Shown here: positions 36,322-45,360 of the stretch, in pieces
Numbering within the stretch: the first letter of the stretch is position 1
Layout of the letters: each line of letters begins with the position of its first letter
IMG/VR virus record: IMGVR_UViG_3300037069_001350
Location: 1-58,222 of that record
Length of the DNA stretch: 58,222 nucleotides
Direction: 5' to 3' (one strand)
From: a virus
Lineage: Duplodnaviria; Caudoviricetes
Program-made: the position numbers and the translations under genes
The notes under the pieces: model-generated
The model's input: only the letters and a program-made list of their open reading frames with translations
What the model was told of the DNA's origin: nothing
Databases searched by the model: none

Positions 36322-37305
36322 ATGCCTCGTGGGGAACTGACGATCAGTCTGTCGGTGCACTACGCCGACGACCCGAAGCTGGCCGGGCTCGCCGAGTGGC
36401 CGGACGACGCCTGCGCCGCCCGCGACCTGTACCTGCAGATGATCTGCTACTGCAAGATCAACATGACCGACGGTATGGTGCCCCGCGCCCTGCTGGCGAA
36501 GCTGGGCTACCCGTCCGCGCCCGCCGACACCGCCCGCCGCGCTGTGATGCTCACCGAGGTCGGCTCGATCCAGCAGACCGCCGACGGCTGGTACGTGCCC
36601 GCGTTCTTGAAGCGCAACAAGTCCCGCGAGGAGGTCACCGGCACCGGCGAGATCGCCAGCGTCGCAGGCAGCCGCGGCAATCACCTGCGTTGGCACGTTC
36701 GTCGTAACACTGTCGACCCGACGTGCTCGTTCTGCTGGGGTCTCGACGGAGAAGAAAGTCCTGAGAGCGTCGGTGCGCCGCGCCCGTCGGGTAACCCGAT
36801 GAAAGCGATCGGGTCACCCGATAGAACGGCCCCGGATTCAGCATCCACTCAGGAAGTGTCCGATTCGCCCTGGTCTGGTATCGGGTCGTCGGGTGTCATC
36901 GGGTCACCCGATCGGGTACCGATCGGGGTAGGTGTCGCTGACTTAGACTTAGACTTAGACCTTGACACTGGACCCGATCGACCCGATCGGGCTCCGAGTA
37001 GCCGCAAGCGCGACGCGCTCTGGGACTCGGTGATCAACGCCTGCGGTATCGAGCAGAACGAGATCACGAAGTCGATGCGCGGTTCGATCAATGCCGCGCT
37101 GCGCGATCTCCGCGAGGTCGGTGCCACCGCCCCCGAGGTCGGTGTCCGCGCCCGGCGCTACCGCCGCCGCTGGCCCAACGTCTCGCTGACCCCGACCGCT
37201 CTCGCGAAGCAGTGGGCCACGCTCACCGCCGACACCGAGCCGACCTCTCGCGAGGAGCCGCGGATCAAGCCGCGCCGCGGTAACACCCTGGCAGCTGCCC
37301 GGTGA
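36322..37305 (+). CDS. Replication initiator protein (lambda O-like organisation)
   Basis: N-terminal DDPK...LY...YC...TDG domain, GNHLRWH motif, low-complexity iteron-coded linker; upstream of helicase. Confidence 0.7.
   Translation: MPRGELTISLSVHYADDPKLAGLAEWPDDACAARDLYLQMICYCKINMTDGMVPRALLAKLGYPSAPADTARRAVMLTEVGSIQQTADGWYVPAFLKRNKSREEVTGTGEIASVAGSRGNHLRWHVRRNTVDPTCSFCWGLDGEESPESVGAPRPSGNPMKAIGSPDRTAPDSASTQEVSDSPWSGIGSSGVIGSPDRVPIGVGVADLDLDLDLDTGPDRPDRAPSSRKRDALWDSVINACGIEQNEITKSMRGSINAALRDLREVGATAPEVGVRARRYRRRWPNVSLTPTALAKQWATLTADTEPTSREEPRIKPRRGNTLAAAR
36786..36991. repeat. ATCGGGT/ACCCGAT iteron cluster 1 (putative origin) with (GACTTA)3
   Basis: ATCGGGTCACCCGAT at 36808 and 36898, variant at 36786, several half-sites. 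Confidence 0.8.
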
Positions 37306-37616
37306 GCGCCCGCGGCACGACGAACCGCAACGACCGCGGCTCGACCGAGTCCCGCCGCCGTCGGCGCGAGTGGCTGGTCGAGACCTACCGGGCCGACGAG
37401 GACGTGGTGATCAGCCTGGACACGATGGAGCAGGTGCCTGCCTGCCGCTGCTACCGCTGCGGTCGCCTGCTGACCGTCGACACGGTGACCGTCGACCGGA
37501 TCAGGCCCGGCTGCAAGGGCGGCACCTACCGGCGCGACAACATCCGGCCCGCCTGCGGTCGCTGCAACTCGATCACCGGCGTGCAGGTCCGCGAGGCCAT
37601 GCGGAGGTCCGCATGA
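37302..37616 (+). CDS. HNH endonuclease
   Basis: CYRCG...TVDRIRP...GGTY...NIRPACGRCN. Confidence 0.85.
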   Translation: MSARGTTNRNDRGSTESRRRRREWLVETYRADEDVVISLDTMEQVPACRCYRCGRLLTVDTVTVDRIRPGCKGGTYRRDNIRPACGRCNSITGVQVREAMRRSA

Positions 37617-37813
37617 TCAACGGCAGCACGCTGCACCAGGTGTTCACCGCGGTACGCGGGCACGGCGTCACCTCGCTCGACGAGATCGCCGAGCGCACCG
37701 GCAACCATGCGCACCAGATCGCCCCGGTCGCCTGGTGGCTGGCCCAGCGCGGGTGGCTGGCCGAGGTCGGCGACCGCTACGTCGAGCCGCGGCTGGCGAG
37801 GTGGGCGCAGTGA
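37613..37813 (+). CDS. Small winged-helix protein
   Basis: SLDEIAERTG...LAQRGWL; ATGA overlap. Confidence 0.55.
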   Translation: MINGSTLHQVFTAVRGHGVTSLDEIAERTGNHAHQIAPVAWWLAQRGWLAEVGDRYVEPRLARWAQ

Positions 37814-39039
37814 GCGACGGCGAGTTCACGATCCCGCGCGACGAGCAGGCCGAACGCGCCGTGCTCGGCATCTGCCTGGTCAACCCGAACGCCTACCGCG
37901 AGGCGGCGAAGATCGTCGGCCACGCCGACTTCTACTACCCGCGCAACGCCCGCATCTGGGAGCACATCGGTCGCTGCATCGAGGCGCAGGGCGTCGCCGA
38001 CCCGGTCGTCGTGCACGACTCGATCCGCTCCGCCGGTGACCTGCACCTGGTCCCGCAGGCAGGCCCGTACCTGGCGACCCTGTACGGCACCGCGTCGCCG
38101 TTCGGTGTCGCACCCTACGCCCGCATCGTCGCCGAACTCGCTGTCCGCCGCCGCCTGATCATGGCCGGGCAGCGCATGATCCAGCGCGCCGAGTCCGGCG
38201 AGGGCGAGATCGCCGACCTGCTCGACGGCGCGGCCACCGACGTCCGCGACGCCCGCGACTCGCACGCCGGGGTCGAGGTGCTGTCGGTGCCGATCGCCGA
38301 GTTCATGGCGACCCGCGCCGAGGAGCCGACCTGGGTGATCCCCGGCTTGCTGGCCCGGCAGGACCGCCTGGTGCTCACCGGCAACGGCGGGCTCGGCAAG
38401 TCGACCCTGCTGCAGCAGATCGCCGTCTGCGCCGCGTCCGGCATCCAGCCCTTCGACTGGCACAAGGGCCGCTGCTACGACCCGGCGAAGGTGCTGATCA
38501 TCGACTGCGAGAACCCCGACCACGACCTGCAGACGCGCCTCTGGAAGTTGATGCACCTGGCCGAGCAGCGCAGTGACGGCGACGGCGTCGCCGACCGGCT
38601 GACCGTCGCGGGTCACGGCAACCCGATCGACCTGTTCGACGGCCCGTCGGCCATGTCGATCCTCGCCACCGTCGAACACGATCAGCCCGACCTGGTCTAC
38701 ATCGGCCCGTACTACAAGCTGCACAACGACGACCCGGACAAGGAAACGACGGTCAAGAAGGTGACCGGCGTGATCGACCAGATTCGCGCGATGGGCTGCT
38801 CCGTGATCATGGAGGCGCACATCAACAAGGAGGGCAAGCGCGGCGGCTCGATGGAACCGTCCGGCTCGAATATGTGGAACTGGTGGCCCGAGTTCGGTAT
38901 CGGCCTGCGGCTCGACGACGACGCCCCCGAGGCGATGCGTCTGTGCGTGCTCGAACGCTGGCGCATCGACCGCGTCCAGCGCGACTGGCCCGACGCGATC
39001 GAGCAGGGCGGCAGCTGGCCGTGGCGGAGGTCCGCGTGA
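37810..39039 (+). CDS. DnaB-like replicative helicase (DnaB N-domain plus RecA-type ATPase)
   Basis: AERAVLG...DFY.P.N..IW N-terminus; Walker A GNGGLGKST; IDCEN. Confidence 0.88.
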   Translation: MSDGEFTIPRDEQAERAVLGICLVNPNAYREAAKIVGHADFYYPRNARIWEHIGRCIEAQGVADPVVVHDSIRSAGDLHLVPQAGPYLATLYGTASPFGVAPYARIVAELAVRRRLIMAGQRMIQRAESGEGEIADLLDGAATDVRDARDSHAGVEVLSVPIAEFMATRAEEPTWVIPGLLARQDRLVLTGNGGLGKSTLLQQIAVCAASGIQPFDWHKGRCYDPAKVLIIDCENPDHDLQTRLWKLMHLAEQRSDGDGVADRLTVAGHGNPIDLFDGPSAMSILATVEHDQPDLVYIGPYYKLHNDDPDKETTVKKVTGVIDQIRAMGCSVIMEAHINKEGKRGGSMEPSGSNMWNWWPEFGIGLRLDDDAPEAMRLCVLERWRIDRVQRDWPDAIEQGGSWPWRRSA

Positions 39040-39209
39040 TCATCTACACCGTCACGCTCCGCCTGCCGTGCCCCGCCTGCAAGCGCGAGGTCACCTGGCA
39101 CGGCTCCCGTGTCGCGCTCGGGCGCGAGGCTGGCACCACGTACCGAATCCCCTGCGAGAACTGCGACTCGGGCAAGCAACTGATCCCCGCGAGTGAGGCG
39201 ACGAAGTGA
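39036..39209 (+). CDS. Small zinc-ribbon protein
   Basis: CPAC...CENC; GGAGG RBS. Confidence 0.55.
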   Translation: MIIYTVTLRLPCPACKREVTWHGSRVALGREAGTTYRIPCENCDSGKQLIPASEATK

Positions 39210-39985
39210 CCCAGGCAATCTGCCAGTGCTACTGCCACGTCAACGACGGGGCCAGCTGCACGATCGACACCGGCTACGGCGCACCCGGCACCCCGTACTG
39301 CGGCCCGCACCTGTCCGGCCCGCTGTGCCTGCTCGCGCACGGCTGGCAGCCCGACGGTCACCCCCGCTACAAGCAGGCCGAGGTCGGGCACCTGTGCGGC
39401 CAGCACCGGCACTGGCTCGACAACGTGCTGTTGGAGATCGAGATGCTGCTGATCGACCTGGGTCGCTGCATCGAGTCCGGGGTGACGCCGCGCGAGATCA
39501 ACGAGGGCCGTACCGAGCACCGCAAGCTGGCCGACGAGAAGCCGGTGCCGATCAACCTCGACTACCTCGTGCTGACCGACCCGCGGTCCGGCGGGGCTCG
39601 CGACCACGGCATCACCGCCGAGGACCCGATCGGCCTGGTGAAGCTGTTCAACTACTGGCTGGCTCGGCACGACGGCAGGCGTTGCCGCACGATCTACGGC
39701 GCGCTCGACGAGTTGCGCCTGCTGCACGACACGATCGCCATGACGCCCGGCGTCGTCGAGTACATCGACGAGATGGTCAACGTCCGCACCATCCTGCGTC
39801 GCACGGTGAACGACAGGAAGTTCCGCCGCATCGGAATCTGCCGCGAGATCAACGAGTTGAACCGGGCATGTGGCGGAGCACTGCTGGCAGAGAACGGCAC
39901 CGGCGTCGTGCACTGCCAGGTGTGCGGCGGTCGCTGGTCGACACCCGAAGAACTGGCCCGCCTCTCGCTGCGGGTGACGGAGTGA
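39206..39985 (+). CDS. Zinc-finger protein, candidate late-gene regulator
   Basis: IGIC...CGGAL...VHCQVCGGRW; position at the end of the replication operon. Confidence 0.55.
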   Translation: MTQAICQCYCHVNDGASCTIDTGYGAPGTPYCGPHLSGPLCLLAHGWQPDGHPRYKQAEVGHLCGQHRHWLDNVLLEIEMLLIDLGRCIESGVTPREINEGRTEHRKLADEKPVPINLDYLVLTDPRSGGARDHGITAEDPIGLVKLFNYWLARHDGRRCRTIYGALDELRLLHDTIAMTPGVVEYIDEMVNVRTILRRTVNDRKFRRIGICREINELNRACGGALLAENGTGVVHCQVCGGRWSTPEELARLSLRVTE

Positions 39986-40170
39986 ATCGCCGCGTCCCGA
40001 TCGACGTCGCCGCGAAGATCGCCGGGGTCTCCCAGGCCACGATCCGGTCCTGGGTGCACCGCAAGCTGATCACTCGCCACTGGGACGGCTTCGACGTGAA
40101 GGACCTGATCGACCGGGTCGACACCCGCGATCCGAAGATGACCGAGTTACGCCAGAGGAGGCGGACATGA
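39982..40170 (+). CDS. MerR/Xis-like HTH protein
   Basis: AAKIAGVSQATIRSWVHRKLI. Confidence 0.75.
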   Translation: MNRRVPIDVAAKIAGVSQATIRSWVHRKLITRHWDGFDVKDLIDRVDTRDPKMTELRQRRRT

Positions 40171-40418
40171 ACAAGCGAACTGACTGGACGACATGCCTGA
40201 CCCAGCTATCGCGCAACCGCGAGGTGCGCGGCCTGCTGGCCGAGTTGAAAGGCTTCGGCTTCGAGGGTCGGATCAGCGGCGGGTCCCACATCCAGCTGCG
40301 GCACCCGAGGATGACCGGGCTGATCACGGTCGCCTCGACGCCGTCGGAGTACCGCAGCACGAAGAACTCGCGAGCACAGATCAAACGGGCGATGCGTGCT
40401 GCCCACATCATCGCGTAG
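40167..40418 (+). CDS. HicA-like toxin
   Basis: GF...GGSHIQLRHP...ITVASTPS. Confidence 0.75.
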   Translation: MNKRTDWTTCLTQLSRNREVRGLLAELKGFGFEGRISGGSHIQLRHPRMTGLITVASTPSEYRSTKNSRAQIKRAMRAAHIIA

Positions 40419-40465
40419 CGCGCGACAAGGATTCGTGCAACACTTGACCTCGCACCACTCTGTCC

Positions 40466-40507
40466 AACGGACCCGCCCTGCTGACTCGACTCCGGGGCGG
40501 GTCCGTT
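40466..40507 (+). terminator. Hairpin upstream of the nucleotide-metabolism operon
   Basis: AACGGACCCGCCC ... GGGCGGGTCCGTT followed by TCGCATT. Confidence 0.65.
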
Positions 40508-40529
40508 TCGCATTCCCACGGAGGTCGTT

Positions 40530-40784
40530 GTGTCGCTCGCTGAACGCTTCGCCGAGCCGCCCGAGGCGCGCTTGCAGTGCAAGGTCCGTGACATCCTCGA
40601 CGGGCTCACCGAGAGCGAGCGCAAGGTTCTGACCGGCGTGCTCGACTCGCCCCGCCCGTCCGAGGGTGGCGTCTGGTCGGACTCGAAGATCGTCGAGGCC
40701 CTGCGCGCCGAAGGCTGGACCGTCGGCCCGTCCGTGATCGAGCGGCACCGCAAACACACCTGCCGCTGCCCGGTGAAGTCGTGA
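40530..40784 (+). CDS. Small HTH-like protein
   Basis: GGAGG RBS; CKV...IERHRKHTCRC. Confidence 0.65.
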   Translation: MSLAERFAEPPEARLQCKVRDILDGLTESERKVLTGVLDSPRPSEGGVWSDSKIVEALRAEGWTVGPSVIERHRKHTCRCPVKS

Positions 40785-41812
40785 GCATCGAGGAGCGGTT
40801 CTCCGAGGAGGGCCGCGTGAAGGACGAGGAGATCGCCGAACTGCGCCGGGCGCTCCGCACCTCGCAGCGCCAGCTGATCAAGGCGAAGGACCGCGGCGAC
40901 CAGCTGCGTACCGCCCTGGCCGAAGCCGCCCGCGACGCGATCCTCACCCTCGGCCCGCTGCCCCCGGTCAACGCCCCGAAGATCGAGTCGAAGCGCGGCA
41001 AGCCCGAGGTGGCCCTGCTGCACACGACCGACTGGCAGGCCGCGAAGATCACCCCGAGCTATAACTCTGGCGTTCTGGTCGACCGCCTCGACCTGCTGCG
41101 TGCGAAGGTCGCGAAGCTGGTGAAGATTCACCGCTCCGACCGCCCGGTGAACGAGTGCGTGATCGCCTTCGGCGGCGACATCATCGAGGGCCTGTTCAAC
41201 TACCCGGCGCAGCTGGCGCAGATCGACGCGACGCTGTTCGAGCAGTGGACCTTCGCCTCGACCGAGTGCGCGAAGCTGGTGCGCTGGGCGCTGTCGGTGT
41301 TCGACCACGTCACCGTCGTGCCCGAGTGGGGCAACCACGGGCGCATCGGCTCGAAGCGTGCCGAGGTCCCGAAGTCCGACAACTTCGACCGGATGGTTTA
41401 CGAGCACGCCCGCCTCATGCTGGCCGGTGAGAAGCGTCTGACGTGGCTCGACTGCCCCGAGGGCATCCAGCGCATCGAGATCGGCGCGTACCGCGCGCTG
41501 CTGATCCACGGCGACGAGATCGGGCGCAACGGCTTCGCCTCCCCCATGACGATCGTCCGGCACGCGAACCAGTGGCGCTCCGGTGCGTACCCGTGGGAGT
41601 TCCGCGACGTCTACGTCGGGCACTACCACACGCACAACGAGTGGGCTATGGCGAACGGCGAGGGCACGGTCTACCAGACCGGCTCGACCGAGTCGGACAA
41701 CCTGTACGCCCGCGAGGGCATGGCGTCCTCGGCGATCCCGTCGCAGCGCCTGCACTTCATTGACCCGGTCAAGGGTCTGGTCACCGCGCAGTACAAGGTG
41801 ATCTTGGGATGA
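40781..41812 (+). CDS. Metallophosphoesterase (MRE11-like)
   Basis: TDWQ, GGDIIEG, GNHGR, HGD and GHYH motifs. Confidence 0.88.
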   Translation: MSIEERFSEEGRVKDEEIAELRRALRTSQRQLIKAKDRGDQLRTALAEAARDAILTLGPLPPVNAPKIESKRGKPEVALLHTTDWQAAKITPSYNSGVLVDRLDLLRAKVAKLVKIHRSDRPVNECVIAFGGDIIEGLFNYPAQLAQIDATLFEQWTFASTECAKLVRWALSVFDHVTVVPEWGNHGRIGSKRAEVPKSDNFDRMVYEHARLMLAGEKRLTWLDCPEGIQRIEIGAYRALLIHGDEIGRNGFASPMTIVRHANQWRSGAYPWEFRDVYVGHYHTHNEWAMANGEGTVYQTGSTESDNLYAREGMASSAIPSQRLHFIDPVKGLVTAQYKVILG

Positions 41813-42126
41813 AGGGCTGGCCCGATCTCCCTCGCCGCCTGCGTATCGGCGGTGGCCGCTGGGACGTCAGGGTCCGCCGCCTGCGCGGCAAGTACGGCGA
41901 GACGCAGCTGAACCAGTCCGTCGTCACGCTCGACCCTGACCAGTCGACGGTCGTCGCCCGCGACACCCTGCTGCACGAGGTGCTGCACGCGGTGATCGCC
42001 AACACCTCGCTCGGGCTCGGTCGCAAGGCCGAGGAGCGCCTGATCCGAACCCTCTCCCCGCAGCTGCTGGCTGTCCTCCGGGACAACCCGCAGCTGGTCC
42101 TGTTCCTGACCCGCTACGACGACTAG
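41809..42126 (+). CDS. Small HExxH metallopeptidase-like protein
   Basis: DTLLHEVLHA. Confidence 0.75.
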   Translation: MKGWPDLPRRLRIGGGRWDVRVRRLRGKYGETQLNQSVVTLDPDQSTVVARDTLLHEVLHAVIANTSLGLGRKAEERLIRTLSPQLLAVLRDNPQLVLFLTRYDD

Positions 42127-42138
42127 GAAGTCACCCGC

Positions 42139-42339
42139 ATGGACCTGCTCGCTGGCATCACCTCCCCGGTGTCGACCCTTCCGGTCGGCGACTCGATGTA
42201 CCAGATGCATGTGCTGCACGCGATGCAGCGCAGCCGTCACATCTACGCGGGCACGGTGCCCGAGCATGTGATCGCCACCCGCCGCCGCCGCAACCGCGCG
42301 GCCCGCGTGTCTCGTCGCATCAACCGGGGGCAGCGGTGA
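42139..42339 (+). CDS. Small basic hypothetical protein
   Basis: HIYAGTV...RRRRNRAARVSRRINR. Confidence 0.6.
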   Translation: MDLLAGITSPVSTLPVGDSMYQMHVLHAMQRSRHIYAGTVPEHVIATRRRRNRAARVSRRINRGQR

Positions 42340-42884
42340 AGGTCGGCTTCGACTGCGACGGCGTGCTGTACGACTTCGCCGACTCCGTGCGCCAGTACCT
42401 GATCGAGCGGTACGGCTGGCCGCTCACCGCGTTCACCCCGCCGGTGCGCTGGGGGTTCTACGAGGACTGGGGTCTGAGCCTCGACGACTTCCTGGCGATC
42501 TGCAACGACGGCGTGAACTACGGGGTGATCTTCAACTACGGCGAGCCGCACTTCGGCTCGTTCGAGGCGATCCGCGAGGTCCGCGAGGCCGGGCACTCGA
42601 CGCACCTGATCACCGACCGTTCGTTCGGCTGGCCCGGTCAGGCCGCGAAGCAGACCTACGGCTGGCTGCACCGCCACGGGCTCGTGTTCGACTCGGTCAC
42701 CTTCACCTCGGACAAGACGATCGCCGCCGTCGACATGATGATCGACGACAAGATCGAGAACTACGACGTGCTGGACAACTCGTGCGACGTCTACCTGCTC
42801 GACCGTCCCTGGAACCAGGACGACGGCAGCCGCCGCCGGATCACCTCGCTCGACCAGTACGTCCGGCTGGTGCTCGGTGAGTAG
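42336..42884 (+). CDS. HAD-family 5'(3')-deoxyribonucleotidase
   Basis: FDCDGVL, ITDR, DK...MIDD and RPWN motifs. Confidence 0.88.
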   Translation: MKVGFDCDGVLYDFADSVRQYLIERYGWPLTAFTPPVRWGFYEDWGLSLDDFLAICNDGVNYGVIFNYGEPHFGSFEAIREVREAGHSTHLITDRSFGWPGQAAKQTYGWLHRHGLVFDSVTFTSDKTIAAVDMMIDDKIENYDVLDNSCDVYLLDRPWNQDDGSRRRITSLDQYVRLVLGE

Positions 42885-43419
42885 GCCGCACCTGATCGGC
42901 CTGTCCGGCTACGCCCGCAGCGGCAAGGACACCGTCGCCTCGTTCCTCTGCACCGAGGCTGGCTACCAGCGGGTCGCCTTCGCCGACGCACTGCGTGAGG
43001 TCGCGCTCGATCTCGACCCGACCATCGACGCCCCGTCCGCGGGTCGCCCGATTGCGCTCCGCCGCCTGATCGACGTCTACGGCTGGGAGTACGCGAAGGA
43101 CGCCTGGCCGGACGTGCGCCGCCTGCTGCAGCGCCTCGGCACCGAGGTCGGTCGCAGGCACTTCGGCACGAACGTCTGGGTCGACCTCGCCATGCGGAAG
43201 GTCGACGGCCCGACCGTGTTCACCGACTGCCGCTTCCCGAACGAGGCCGACGCGATCCGGGCGAGCGGCGGTGCCGTGTGGCGCATCGAGCGGCCCGGCT
43301 TCGGCCCGGTCAACGACCACCCGTCCGAGCACGCGCTCGACGACTACCCGTTCACCCGCGTGATCCACAACGACTCGACGCCCGACGAACTCCGCCGGGC
43401 CGTGCTGCTGGGAGGCTGA
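42877..43419 (+). CDS. Deoxynucleoside monophosphate kinase
   Basis: IGLSGYARSGKDT, FADALR, LQRLGTE, TDCRFPNE, HPSE. Confidence 0.9.
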   Translation: MSRPHLIGLSGYARSGKDTVASFLCTEAGYQRVAFADALREVALDLDPTIDAPSAGRPIALRRLIDVYGWEYAKDAWPDVRRLLQRLGTEVGRRHFGTNVWVDLAMRKVDGPTVFTDCRFPNEADAIRASGGAVWRIERPGFGPVNDHPSEHALDDYPFTRVIHNDSTPDELRRAVLLGG

Positions 43420-43420
43420 C

Positions 43421-43927
43421 ATGCCCACGGTTCCCCGCATGGGCGAGATCGGCGTGACGCCGTCGCACGGCTTCCCGGCCTGGGTGATCCGCAAGGTGAC
43501 CCGCTCGCCCTACGCTCACGCCTTCATCGCCACCGGCAACGGCGACGAGATCATCGAGGCCGAGCCGAACGGTGCCCGCATCGGCCACGCATCGGAGTAC
43601 CGCACCGTCGTGTGGCTCCGCGGCCTGACCGACGGCCTGAACGGCGCGCAGCGCGTGCTGATCGTCGCCTGGGCTCGGCGGCACCTCGGCACCCCGTACT
43701 CGTGGATCGACGACGCCATGATCGGCTTCGCCGACCTGTTCCACTGGGCACCGCGCTGGATGCGCCCGCGGCTCGCCAGCGACTCGACCCTCATGTGCAG
43801 TCAGCTGTGCGTCGCCGCGGTCGAGGCGGGCGGTCGCGACCTGTTCCCGAACAGCCCGGACGGCGCAGTGTCGCCCGGCGACCTGGCCCGCGCCAACGAG
43901 GCGCTGACGAAGGGCGCGAAGCCGTGA
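43421..43927 (+). CDS. Permuted papain-like NlpC/P60 (YiiX-type) amidase/peptidase
   Basis: SPYAHAFI precedes LGTPY and CSQL; VSPGDL. Confidence 0.8.
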   Translation: MPTVPRMGEIGVTPSHGFPAWVIRKVTRSPYAHAFIATGNGDEIIEAEPNGARIGHASEYRTVVWLRGLTDGLNGAQRVLIVAWARRHLGTPYSWIDDAMIGFADLFHWAPRWMRPRLASDSTLMCSQLCVAAVEAGGRDLFPNSPDGAVSPGDLARANEALTKGAKP

Positions 43928-44445
43928 CCACCTGCAGCACCCCGAACTGCGGACAGGACGCCGTGCTGCAGTGGCAGCGCGCCGGGGGCGACTCCGAGCA
44001 CGACGCCTACATGACCCACCTGGGTGACAGCATGGCGAGCGCCCGCGACGCCCGCCTGGTCAACATGACCGCCACCGTCGCGCAGCTGCAGGCGGCGCAC
44101 GCCGCGTTCCCGAACACTCTCGACGGCAACCGGCTACGGGCTCGCACGCAGCGCCAGATCGACGCCGTGACCGCCGACATCGCCGCGGTCATGGCCGAGC
44201 CCGGCCCGGACCTGTCCGCACTGCCCGCGACCACGGTCGCCGTGTTCGGCTGCGCCACCCATGCGCCGAGCCCCGACGCCGCGGCGCAGCTGCACGACAC
44301 TCACTGCAGCACCACCCCGACCGGCTGCGGCTGCGCGCTGCCGGTCATCCCCCCCTCGGCGATGGAGCCGTCGCTGTCTCCGCCTCCGCCCCCGACGACG
44401 ACGCCCACCCCGCCGCCGCCTCCCACCCACGCCATGATCAAGTAA
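43924..44445 (+). CDS. Cys/Pro-rich hypothetical protein
   Basis: C...CG..AVLQWQR...AVFGC..H; Pro-rich tail. Confidence 0.6.
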   Translation: MTTCSTPNCGQDAVLQWQRAGGDSEHDAYMTHLGDSMASARDARLVNMTATVAQLQAAHAAFPNTLDGNRLRARTQRQIDAVTADIAAVMAEPGPDLSALPATTVAVFGCATHAPSPDAAAQLHDTHCSTTPTGCGCALPVIPPSAMEPSLSPPPPPTTTPTPPPPPTHAMIK

Positions 44446-44456
44446 GGGGCCACACC

Positions 44457-45176
44457 ATGAGCAACGCAGTGCAGGAAGAACTGGTCGACGTCACCCGCGC
44501 GAAGCTGGTCGCCGAGGCACGCAAGCTGGACGCCGAGGCACGCAAGGCCGAGGCCGAGGCAGAGAACGCCCGGCTGGGCTCGGAGTTCCAGCAGGTGAGC
44601 CTCGACATGTCGAAGCTGCAGCTGGCCGAGATGGAGTACACCGCGAAGGCGGAGCAGGCCCGCGACGAGCGGCATCACGTCTACTGGTTCACCGGCGTGG
44701 TCACCGACACCGCGGTGAAGGCGTGCATCGCCCGGCTCACCCAGTGGGACCGGCTCGACCCGACCTGCGACATCAAGATCGTGTTCAACTCGCCCGGCGG
44801 CTCGGTGGTCGACGGCATGGCGCTGTTCGACTTCATCGTCGCCCTCCGCGAGCGGCACCACGTCACGACCGAGGTCCGCGGCTACGCCGCGAGCATTGCC
44901 GGGATTCTGCTGCAGGCGGGCACGAAGCGCGTCATCGGCCCCGAGTCCTACCTGATGATCCACGAGATCAGCGCCGGGACGATGGGCAAGATCGGCGAAA
45001 TCAAGGACTCGGTGAAGTTCTACGACATGGTCTGCGCCCGCGTCGTCGACATCTTCGTCAACCGCTCCGGTGGCCGGTGCTCGAAGGAGCACTTCAAGGC
45101 CAACTGGGAGCGCATCGACTGGTGGCTGACCAGCGAGGAGGCCGTGGCCCTCGGCTTCGCCGACGAGGTCGGGTGA
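44457..45176 (+). CDS. clpP: ClpP-like serine protease with N-terminal coiled coil
   Basis: NSPGGSV..G, AASIA, LMIHE and DWWLTSEEAVALGFAD (full catalytic triad). Confidence 0.9.
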   Translation: MSNAVQEELVDVTRAKLVAEARKLDAEARKAEAEAENARLGSEFQQVSLDMSKLQLAEMEYTAKAEQARDERHHVYWFTGVVTDTAVKACIARLTQWDRLDPTCDIKIVFNSPGGSVVDGMALFDFIVALRERHHVTTEVRGYAASIAGILLQAGTKRVIGPESYLMIHEISAGTMGKIGEIKDSVKFYDMVCARVVDIFVNRSGGRCSKEHFKANWERIDWWLTSEEAVALGFADEVG

Positions 45177-45296
45177 ACGAAGCGCAGGTCAAGCAGCACG
45201 CGAAGCCGTGGGCACAGGTGCATGACGAGGCCGTGTCCACGCTTCGCGGGCTCGATGCGTGGCTGGCGAAGGTGGACGCGCTGCTGACTGAAACGA

Positions 45297-45327
45297 CACT
45301 TGACACAGAGTCAAGTGACGCTAGACT
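45297..45327 (+). promoter_or_regulatory. Promoter-operator, near copy of the cro promoter
   Basis: CACTTGAC ACAGA GTCAAGTG; TTGACA-N16-TAGACT. Confidence 0.75.
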
Positions 45328-45360
45328 CGGCATCACATCACACCCGACCCAGGAGGCCAC

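Noticed and set aside
35414-37616. HNH genes as intron- or intein-encoded homing nucleases
   Set aside because: Both are free-standing and overlap intact neighbours; I saw no split host gene or splice motifs
44457-45176. ClpP as the prohead protease
   Set aside because: Far from the head genes, and an XkdF-like gene occupies the protease position
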